Positions 52,961 through 64,000 of a DNA stretch of 64,000 nucleotides are shown here, piece after piece. Each line of letters starts with the position of its first letter. The stretch's first letter is position 1. Under the pieces are notes generated by a model. The model ran no database searches. It had not been told where the DNA came from and worked only from the letters and a program-made list of their open reading frames with translations. Origin of the DNA: Nageia nagi (taxonomy: Eukaryota > Plantae > Pinophyta); contig JBITNC010000001.1 in assembly GCA_050084985.1 (NCBI GenBank), forward strand, positions 112,034,001 to 112,098,000, in the 5' to 3' direction. The translations under genes and the position numbers were made by a program.

Positions 52961-55039
52961 TTTTAGAGTTTCATTGGTTGCAATATGTATTATTTTTTAA
53001 GTTTCCTATTATGTTAGGAATAAAAGTTGTTTTGTTATTGAACATTATTTGTGTATTAAATATTATTATATGAATTCATACTATATTAAATATGAATATT
53101 ATAGATAATCAACAAGATTTAAATATTAATGGAGGAATGTTCAAAATTGGAATTAATTTAGATAAATTTATAGTGTACTTTTCAAGCTCTATCTAATTTT
53201 TGAATATGTAAGTTATATATTTATTTTTTTGTAATTTTATATTAAATATTATTTCATTTTATTATATTTTATATTTTTCTACATTCTAAACATCAGAATA
53301 AGTGTAATGTTATTTTTGGAGGGAGTTCAATCTTAAGGTGAATTATTATAGGAAATTCCTTGTGATCATCAACAACATAAAATTTTAAGATTTTCTTCAA
53401 TATAATTGTAATCGAGACATACTTGATATGTAACCAAATAATAATACATTTATATAACCATTTATAGATTTAAACTTTTAATTTATTATAGAGGAGTCAA
53501 AGCTTGAACCATTGTGCTATCAGTATTGGGGACATATGGTGCAACCTTAAGCATTAAATAGTTGCATATTAATAAGTCATTTATTATTTTTTTTCATTCA
53601 TAAAATTAGCTTTATCAAAATACTAATTTCATTTTCGTAAGGCATTTCGTAGAACATAACTATCTTAAAAATAATTTTGATTTCTTTTGATCTATTTTTA
53701 TTAGTGTTTAAAACATTTAATTGTAAATCTGTAAACTCCCATTCAATAGAAAAAAATTCATGCATTCAAAACTTATTGGAAGAAGTGGTAGTTGAAATAA
53801 AGGAGATTAAGAATGGAAAAATTTAATGAAATGGAAGAATCATTATACATGAAAAAATAGAAAATTAAGAATACAAGAGCACAATCTAAGTTTTTAATAT
53901 TTATATTTATAACCTATACACAATAACATAATCATCATCCCATACTAACCTTAGTTACTAAATAAGTAGTTCCCTATCTACCTCTTTCACGATGTAAACC
54001 TACTTCAATAACTATAGAAATATCAAAATACACAACATAAATGTTTATTTATATTACCAATTATTCACAACTATTTATCACCATAATTCTTCTAATAAAC
54101 CAATAACCAAAAATGTTAAAAAGATTTTTGATAACAAGGAAAAACATATAATCAAAAGGCACACATTTTTATCTACCCAAATTATCTACAAAAAATGGTT
54201 TCCAAAGGGGGAAACTACTACCCAATTATACCTAGTGGTAGCAACAAATTAAGAGAAACACTAGCTAGATGTAGAAAAAAGAACACTTTGTTATAAAACT
54301 AAAAAATATAAATACTACCTCATATCTTTAGTGGATACAATCCACTACATATTCTACTCTAACTAAACCAAGAATGGTAAATTTACATCCAAATAATTCA
54401 AATAAATTTTTCATAGTATTTTATTTCTTTCATGGGATTTACATGACCTTGGTAACCTATTTTTATTGATTGTTTCTTTATTTTATTTTTGAAAAAAAAA
54501 TAATCTCATTCTAATATTATATGCTTTTCTCACCAACACCTATTCAAACTCAGGCTAAATACATACAACCAATTCACCTATGCATATAACCTAAAATAAG
54601 AAGTATATATTTATACAAGAAATGAAAGTATGCAAAGAAGAATCAATATTATATTTATTTTATATAAAAATTATATCATTTTATATGATATTAATATTTT
54701 AAACCATCATATCCCTTTTAGTTAAATGATTCAAAAATTCTAAACTTTTGAATTAGAAAGCATGTCAAATTCATATGAGATAATTACAAGAGATGTTTAT
54801 AAAAAATCATGACATAGAATCATTAATGAGTTAAAACATTCATGTGAGCTTATGTCAAATTCATGTGAGATATGAATATAACTTTATAATATAAGTTGGA
54901 GCAAAATTGTGATTAAATTCATGCAAAAAAGGAGCCTTCATGAAAAACATGAGAAAACAGATATACCTAAAAGCACTAAAAACTTGGAACACTATTCACT
55001 AGGGTGAATCCTGATGATATTGTTTCAAAAAAATTGGAG

Positions 55040-56250
55040 AGGATAATCATGGAGAAAGTGGATTGGATTACCATTCTCAAGGAGATTTTGGATAATTTAA
55101 GGGATAAGTAAAGGAATACTTTGATCAGATGCTATATTGTACTAATGTCAAACGTAGATCATATTCATCACTGAATTAGTAAGCATTGGAAAGTATCATC
55201 ACTGAATTAGTAAGCATTGGAAATTATCTTGATAAGTTGATATGGTTCCTTTAATTCATGAATTTTTAGTCTTTATTCTTACAAATTCATAAGACATGAA
55301 GAAACTTATAAAGTTGGGCACTTCATTTCTAGGTTAGAAGGTGCTACTTTTAAAATGTTGGCATACTAGTTTCTATATTAAGAAGGATATCATTTATGGT
55401 GTTCTTGTATGGATCAATTTACTTAGTTTACCAACATATTATTCATATATGAGTATGATTGTTGGAATTACTAATATAGTAGGATTGTTGTTCTCAGTTA
55501 AAAAAAACACAAGAATTGAGAATAGAATGAAGGAAGCTAAGTTTTACATTAACACTGATATTACAAAGGAACTAAGGTAAAATATCTATGTTGAGGAGGA
55601 AGAGGAAAAAACTCGGAAACAAGAAACAATTTAGGAATATATGCTTATTATCTATAGCATATGTAGAAAAATCTATTATTATGCCAAGGAATATTTGGAT
55701 TAAAGGAGAAAGAGGAGATGGAAGTCCCTATGTCATACAAAGAGTGGAATACCCATGCATAAAGGAATCAAGGATTCTACAGATACAATTAATTTCAAGC
55801 AAAGAGAGGTGGAGGAGATTTTAGAAGGTTGAAAACTTATGAAACTATGAACCTCTTTCATTATTTGAATCCAAATGAAGTTATTAAAATAAATAAAATT
55901 TTAGAGCAAGAGATTTTCCATTGGCAATTATAGATAAAAAAAATAATAATTAATGATGAAAAAATTGAGGAATCCAAAAGTAGGAAGTTACAAATAAGTC
56001 AAGTAAAAAATACAAAAAATTAGGAGATATATCAAGATAGGTCATCAATAAATGATTAAGAAATAGGAAAAGAACAAGAAATGGAGGTTGATGATGAAAA
56101 GACACCTCCCAAAAGAAGACAGTTTGATAATACAATGAGTTAGACACAAGATATACGTAAAGGAAATATGGGGAGGATTTCAAAATATGAAGTAAGAAGA
56201 TAGAATATAATTGAAGATATTACCAATAAATCATAAAGCACTATAGAGTA
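55040..56250 (+). pseudogene. L1 ORF1 remnant (DUF4283-like), copy 1
   Basis: LLLKCWHTSF...VWINLLSLP...IVGITNIVG...AKFYINTDITKEL (55341 ORF) follows the plant L1 ORF1 pattern. No ORF2 follows. Confidence 0.7.
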
Positions 56251-57269
56251 GAGTATTGGTTGTAAGGTCCCATGTGGTACTCAATGACTATTCTTAGTTA
56301 GAATATATGTGGATGTAATACCATAAATAGGTAAAAAATAATCAAGTACCTCTAAAGGGAATTTCTTATAGATTTGTTATTTATGTAGGAGACAAAGATT
56401 AAGAAGGATAAGGTGGTAGAATTGGAAAAGAAAGTTTAAGGGAGAGTATTTTTTTTTGGAGAGAATAATATGGCCTATCAATGGATATATTTATATTATG
56501 AAACCCAGCTACTATAAAAGGTATTCCCTATCCTAATACATCTAATAGATATCTTCATACACATAGTAAAATAATATTTTTCAACTACATCATACAAAAA
56601 ATAAAGAAATAAAAAAGAAATCAGGAATAAGTAAATAATTCCTCAAATACTCATTTGGTGTATGTACATTTTAAAAATAATATAATCCATATGTTAAATT
56701 ATCACTATTTTATACAAGAAATTGATGTAGAAAAAATTTAAAAAAATAAAATTAGATATTACCATAATGATTTTTCTCATTGTTTCTTAAAACTAGAATC
56801 ATATTTATAGTTAAATATTTGATATAGGAAAATAATATTTAAATAAAACATATTTAAATGAGAATCAATATTGTACAAGAAATGAAAGTTATGCCAATAC
56901 AAATCAATATTATATTTATTTTAAATAAAAATAATATCATTTTATTTAATATTCATATTTTAAACCATCGTATCCCTTTTAGTTAAATGATTCAAAAATT
57001 CTAAACTTTTGAATTAGAAAGAATGTCAAATTCATGTGGGATAACTATATGAGATCTTTATAAAATATCACTATCAACCTTAATATTAAAGGCCTCTTAT
57101 TAAAAGGTTGTTAAAAGTATTCCAAGAATGTAATTAAAAATAACTTGGAGCAAAATTGTGATTAAATTCATGTGAAAAAGTAACCATCATGAAAAAGGTG
57201 AGCTTAAAGCTATACCTAAACAACTAAAAACTTGGACCATTATGATGATATTGTTAGAAATAAATTGGA

Positions 57270-58410
57270 GATATGAATCATAAAGAATGTGGCTAGGCTT
57301 ACCATTCTCAAGGAGATTTAGGATAACTTAGGGGATAAGTAAAGGAATACTTTGATCTGATGCTTCATTTTACCAATGTCATACTTAGGTCATATCCACC
57401 ATTAAATTAGTAAACATTGGAAAGTATATCGATAAGTTGATATGGTTGCTTTACCTAAAGAATTTTTAGTCTTTATTTTTATAAATTCATAATACATGAC
57501 CAAGGCTATGAAGTTGGGCCCTTCATTTCTAGGTTAGAATGAGCAACTTTTAAAATGTTAGCATACTAGTTTCCATCTTAAGAAGGATACAATTTATGGT
57601 GTTCTTGTATGGGTCAATTTACCTAATTTACCAATATATTACTTGGATATGAGTATGATTGTTGGAATTTTAAATATAGTAGGATTGTTGTTCTAAATTA
57701 ATAAAAAGTCACAAGAATTGAGAATAAAATCCAAAAAGTTGAGTTTTATGTTAACACTGATATTACAAAGGAATTAAGGTAAAATATCTATGTTGAGGAG
57801 GATAATGGAGAAACTTTGGAACAAGAAATTGTTTATGAATATATGCTTAAGAAATATTTAGATAAGAAGGATAAAGATAAGATGGATGTCCCTAACTCAT
57901 AGGAAGAGTGGAATACCCATGTGAAAAGGAATCAAGGATTCTATAGAAATGATTAATTTCAAGCAAAGAGAGATGGAGGATATTTTAGAAGGTCCACAAC
58001 TTATGATACTAGGAACCTATTTCACTCTTTGAATCTAAATATAGGTATTAAAATAGATAAAATTAGAGAGTAAGAGATTTCCCATTTGTAATTATAGATA
58101 TAAAAGTAATAATTAGCAAAGAAGAAATGGAGAAAGCCAAAACTAGGAAGTGATAAAGAAGTGAAGTAGAAAATACAAAAAATAAGGAGATAGATAAAGA
58201 TAGGTAATCAATAGATGATGAAGAAATAGGGAAATAATAAGAAATGGATGTTGATTACATAAAGAAAACTCTCACAAGAAGACATTTTGATAATAAAATG
58301 AGGAAGACAGAAGGTATACATAAAGAACACATGGGGAGGATTTCAAATTATGAAGTAAGAAGATAGAATATAATTGTGGATATTACCAATAAAACATAAT
58401 GCACTATAGA
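57270..58410 (+). pseudogene. L1 ORF1 remnant, copy 2
   Basis: Duplicate of 55040-56250, e.g. GPFISRLE..VWVNLPNLPIYYLD. Confidence 0.7.
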
Positions 58411-61400
58411 TTAGAGTATTGGTTGTAAGGTCCCATGTGGTACTCAATGATTATTCTTAGTTAGAATATACATGGATGTAATATCCAAAATAGGTAGATG
58501 ATAATCATGTACCTCTAAAGGGAATTTCTTATAGATTTGTTATTTATGTAGGAGACAAAGATGAAAAAGGATAAGGTGGCAGAAGTGGGAAAGAATGTTT
58601 AAAGGGGAGAATATTTTTTCTATAGAGAATAAAATGATCTATCCATGGATCTATCTAGATAATGAAACCTGACTACTATAAAAGGTATTCCCTATCCTAA
58701 TACATTTAACAAATTTCTTCATATACATAGTAAAATAATATTTTTCAACTGCATCATATAGAAAATAAACTAATAAATAAGAAATCAAGAATAAGTAAAT
58801 AATTCTAATAAATTATTCAAATACTCATTTAATGTATATACATTTTAAAAATAATACCATCCATATGTTAAATTGTAACTATTTTATACAAGATATTGAT
58901 GTAGAAAAAATATAAAAAATAAAATTAGATATTATCATAATCATTTTTCTCATTGTTTCATAAAATGAGAATCATGTTTATAATTAAATATTTGATAAAA
59001 AGAAATAATATTTAAATAAAACTTAACCTATATGTCTTTTAATGTCTAATCTTAGAATAACATATTTTAAAAGATAGTATTTATAATGAATAACATATAT
59101 GTTGTTATAGAATTTTTTAAATAATGGTATTTAATTCCATTATAGTCGATACCTTTTTATTACTAGATAAGTAAAATAATAAAATAGTTTGTTAATATTG
59201 TTAGTTGTATAATGTATATATCTCCAAAGCATTTTTGTTACTTTGGCATTGGAATAAACAAAAAATATATTTTATATAACTTTTGTATGAAATGAATAAT
59301 TTCTAAACCAATTAAAACTAATCATGCATGTTTTATTATTTGTATGGTATATGGAACTAGTCCATCAAAATTGTGTGAGAAAAGCACTATTTAAAACAAC
59401 AAATGCACATAGTTTCATAACTCTTTTTGATTTTTCCAATAATAGTGTATAATTTAGAAAAATTGCTTGATGATGTTCACTCATGTTCTTGTTGATGTTG
59501 TTCACTCTTGTTATGCTCTTGACATGTTATCATAGTTGTGGTAACAAGTTATAAATATTTAACATGTATGGAGAAGACTGTGGCCTAATGAAATAATAAA
59601 TTTTTAAGAGTTATAATGAGAGCTAAAACAAATAAAAAATAATATATTTTTGAATTTAACTCTTAATACATTTTGAATTTTTCTTTTACTAATTCTAACA
59701 TTAATTTAAATAATTGTATATTTATTCATCATCATAATGCTTTTATTTGTATTTTGCTATGATTATTTGGCATCATCTTGTAAAATATAAAGACCTACAA
59801 ATGAATACTAATCAATATTCTAAATAGTAATAATAATATGATATATAAATCATTAGAATAAAATTACACATAAGATAATCACTATTATAATAGGAACAAA
59901 ATATATCTAATACAATAAAATAAAATTTATCTAATATTTTATGATTAATTTAATTATGTTGGTATTCCACCTTAAAAGTTTTGAGAAAGCAAGTTCAAGT
60001 TTCTTACCCCAACTTAATGAGAAAAAAAATCCTATTCACACAAGTTGAAAATAGAAATAATAAATTATAAATAATAAAATTTTAATAAAAAAACTATTTA
60101 TCAATTAATCCATTCTGTAATGTTGAATTAAGTTAAAAATTGAATTTCAAATTCCAATCCTCATGCTAAAATAATTTACATTGAAAACATGATATAGTTA
60201 AACGAATCTAGCTTATACACCCCTATAACTTCTCATTGATAATTTGTAATCATGGAATTTGAACAAGAGAAATAATTTATAACACTACATATCTATTGAT
60301 CAAGGTAGTGTTCTCCTTAGAATTCTTATTTTCCAAGGCATGCTTAAATTGGTTGATTTTGTGAGCTATATAATATCATGGATAATGGTCATTCATAAGT
60401 AAATTATAAAAATAATATTTAGACTACATAAAAATGCAAAAAAAGATTAGAGAAAAATGTAGCTATATTCAAGCATATTAAGATTTATTATTACATAAGA
60501 AATATATTATAATCACAAGGTAGGTCTATTCTGTAACACCATGTTCAACAACCTTCCTACACAACAAATCTAGTCTCCTAGATTATACAATGAAAAGATT
60601 ACTATCAAATTCTTGCATCAATCTATGAAATAGGCTTTTATGGAGGTATTTATATAGAAATTTATTTCCTCTTAATTTCTATATTAACTTTGTAACTCCC
60701 ATGGTAAGTTTATAATACAAAAAACCACTTCAACTTCTCCTATACTAGTTTCGACAACAAACCTTTATACTAGGAAACTTGCATGGAAAGCTAAATAAAA
60801 CATTATAAAAAACTATTACAATCATACTAAGTTAAAATCCTAAAATATAAAGTCAAAATACTCTTGTATCCCTATCATTGATGTTATCCTTAGCATTACC
60901 AATATAGAACAATATATTGCTTATAGGTATAAGTCAATTTGAGCTTCCAAGGTTAGTCTTAAGTCATGCCAGAAAGTTAAAGATTGATTCATAAACCAAA
61001 ACATGTCATATCAACTATAAGATGATCCTAGATGATGCTAAAATCTCTTTCAACTATCTATTGAATTACCAAGATTCTTTATTTCTTATTGATTTTATTG
61101 GAAATTAAAAGATGTCAATCTTGTAACAAAAATTTATATGACACCCATGATCTTCATATGATGCAATTTTGTTTTCATATTATAATTCATATTTATTGAA
61201 TAAAAAATTGATGTACTAGGCTAGTATGAAAATTGATATTAGAAATTATATTTTAAAATGTTTAACATTCAAAAAGGCTAAATTAGGAGAAATTTGTATA
61301 TTGAAATATCTAAATTTATTGATTATTCCAAATTTAAAGTGATATTTGATAAATATAGGTTTCAAATCTTCCAAAAGGTATGATATTATTTTAGTTTTTG

Positions 61401-62768
61401 TAAACCATTTAATTTATATGATATAATTGACTTGTTCAATATTCAAAATAAGTATCATTGATATTACATATATTTTTATGAAGTATTTAGGTTGTATAGC
61501 ATGGTGAGGACACTCAACCTATGGAAAGTAAAGGTAAAACTAAAAGTAAAGGTAAACTAGCTAATACAACCTTGTGCAATGTGTACATCGTATATTAATA
61601 AATGTACTTTCTAATTTTAAGTGTTATTTTTTATTAAAAGAGATAACATAATTAAAATATTTAAATAATATGTATTTAATTAATAAATAAATAAGTTTCC
61701 ATTAAGATATTCACAAATTTAATTATTTTCTAATAGGGAAATAAAAATTAGGTATCTTGGAAGTGGTTGACTTGAAATATTTATCTTGGACATCATTTTC
61801 TCTTCCCCCAACTTGATATCTTCATCCTCAACAATTTCCCCTTCTCCTCTTCATCTTTAGAAACCCTTATGGTAGGTTAGCATGAGAGGTTGCTCTTCCA
61901 CCAAACTTGCCAACTTTTTGGAGCTATGGAGTGGCCTAGTGGTAGTGTTATCTCTAAAATGCAACCAAATAGTAGTAGATTCCAAGATATCTTGAAAAAT
62001 AAGAAAATATAAACTAGAAAAGAAAACTATGTAGAGAATGAGGTAGCCCTCCTAGTAGTATTCTACTCTTCTATACAAGGCAATTTAGAAAATAGATGTA
62101 AGGAGAGATGGGTGTTGAGAATAGAAATGGTAAGAGGAAAGTTGAATATTTTATGTAGAAGCAGTGTAATGTAGTGGTTAATATTTTGATGATGATGGCT
62201 AGAGGAGCACCCTATTGGCAATGGTAGTTTTTTCACCTCATCGATTTTACTATAGGTGTAGAAGTGGAATCCATCACACTATTTCACAACTTAATTATTA
62301 AGGGAAGCTATAACATGTCATCCAATTTGCTATTACATGTTTTAATAATTGGATGACAACTCTAATGTGTAACTAACAATAGTATTAATCATGATTTAAA
62401 ATTAACAAACTTGCATTACATGAAGTACTTTTACATTGCTAACTTCCTTTATTAATCCTAATAAAACCAATAGCAAAATACACATCATAGTTGTTCTAAT
62501 CTCTTTATGTCAAATACCTCATTAATTGTAATCCCACTAAACTAATTTATTACTCATTGAATGCTATCTATTTATTTCAAATATTTCTCCTTTCATTTTT
62601 ATAATTCACTTATTTCCTTCTCTAATTCTTTACTCTACAATAGCAAGCAATTCCATAAAACTAATGTTGACAATCAATACCATTGTATATTTGTAGAAAT
62701 ATTTAGTAACAACACTATTTTGAAAAATGAGATGATGGAATGATGAAATAATCATGCATTAATTTACA

Positions 62769-63900
62769 TCGTGAATAATCTGCATAAGAACATTTGTTTC
62801 CCTTGTAGCAATGTTCTTTACAATAGTGCTAGGGATAAACTTGGTTGTGGAATTGTAGTCATCATATAGTTGAAGATGCTTCATAACCTTAGCAACATTT
62901 CCAATAGAATAATTAATAACATGAACATAACTACCAACATTTCTAAGTAATTATTTATCTTTAGCTTCCATATCATTCAATGTAGGTATTGTATTTGGAA
63001 ATATAATTTGCTACCTTCATCTTACTTGATAGTTTTTTTTTCAAATCACCATATATATCATGTGGTAAATCTATACCTATAACAAAAGCATGAATATTCT
63101 ATCAACTTTAATCTAAAATACATGTCAGATTCTTCTTATTTCCTCTATCTTTCATTAATGTACTTACTCAAAATATCATCCTTGCTACCCAATTTAGCCA
63201 AAATATTTGAAAGGGGAACATATGATGGAGTATATTTAGTATCCAACAAAAGTAATTGTTAACATGTAATCCCTACTTCTACATTCATAAGCAGTGTACA
63301 TGTACCAAGAAGACATCATTATGCAGCCAATTTTTGCTATTTACGAGTACAACACATACAAAATTTGCTCAAGAATAACTATAATAAGAGTTGCTATAGC
63401 ATCCATATACTAATCATTTTTTCTATTTGCAAGTACAACACATAAACATGTTATGCTATTTGAACAACTATTTGCAATCACTCTTTAAGGAATTTCTATA
63501 CCTTCTTCTAGAATTCCCATCATGGTGCACACTAGAAGGATACAAAAAAGGTTGTGGGGTTGGGATTTACTCTTGAAAATTGTACCTACTTATAATTTTC
63601 TTATGTTATACATATTTGTTGATTGCTATGCATTGTGAGGCTATAACTATTGCATGCATCTTATCAAATAACTCACATGCATTCTCTAGGTGTCATATTT
63701 TATATATACTTCTACTAGTGTATTCATCATTACATCATCTAATCTTATTTTAAGGATCCTTTAGAGTGGGCTTTGATGGTGCTAGGAAAGGTTGACAATA
63801 TATTCTCCAACAACCCAAGCATAATGCCAACAATCCACATTGCTAGCAAAGTAGTCATCCTTAGCCCCCACATAAAGCTAACAGACACATGACAAATGCT
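62769..63900 (-). pseudogene. PLS-class DYW-type pentatricopeptide-repeat (PPR) pseudogene
   Basis: Minus strand, with frameshifts: MNTLVEVYIKYD..ENACELFDKM (S/P motif); VNPNPTTF.SILLVCTMMGILEEGIEI (L motif); CLLGTC...SYVPLSNILAKLG (E); LMKDRGNKK..HAFVIG (E+); PNTIPTLNDMEAKDK, KHLQLYDDYNSTTKFI and KCSYADY (DYW domain: KNLRVCxDCHxATKFI...CSCGDYW). The 5' part may extend beyond the window. Confidence 0.85.
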
Positions 63901-64000
63901 CCAAAGAATTTACATTAAAAGAAATGGTCCAAAAATGTTTAATAATATTTGATTCAATATTATGAATTTTAACTCTCCAAATAAAACATCTTGAATGTAA

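Larger units (their letters stand above)
54614..59022. repeat. Tandem duplication, 2.26-kb period
   Basis: Copies at 54614-56850 and 56874-59022 align throughout, roughly 80-85% identical by eye. Confidence 0.92.

Noticed and set aside
60180-61100. Possible decayed exons on the minus strand
   Set aside because: No recognisable protein motif in manual translation.
62316-62358. 12-bp stem hairpin TGTCATCCAATT...AATTGGATGACA
   Set aside because: A real inverted repeat, but no element ends, TSD or RNA-gene features could be tied to it.
62700-62900. SWIM zinc finger / MULE transposase reading (HYCKEHC..KCSYADYSRCK)
   Set aside because: Better explained as the frameshifted C-terminus of the DYW domain, given the upstream PPR/E motifs.

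Overview
AT-rich, strongly CpG/CHG-depleted plant nuclear DNA with no intact gene. The PR-aRH-RT Tat element and the PPR motif style suggest a gymnosperm (inference). All translations and alignments were done by eye. The window is a nest of decayed transposable elements. From left to right: (1) minus-strand copia-like and gypsy 5' remnants (1.5-5.1 kb); (2) a complete 2.87-kb non-autonomous LTR element with TSD (7513-10383); (3) a full-length L1 LINE with TSD (10778-18462) carrying a TIR element and a CACTA element; (4) a large plus-strand Ty3/gypsy Tat element (~22.4-53 kb). The Tat element contains an RT-deleted L1, and a 5.7-kb segment spanning that L1 and the gag start is triplicated with templated-filler junctions. 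After it come a 2.26-kb tandem duplication of an L1 ORF1 remnant and a DYW-type PPR pseudogene at the right end. The most unusual signal is a ~28 x 24-nt array inside the Tat gag. Once CpG/CHG deamination is reversed it reads as an Arg/Ser/Pro (RRRSPxxx) protein repeat, in frame with the following Cys/His knuckle. The same element has a large 3' extra ORF preceded by a canonical splice acceptor.
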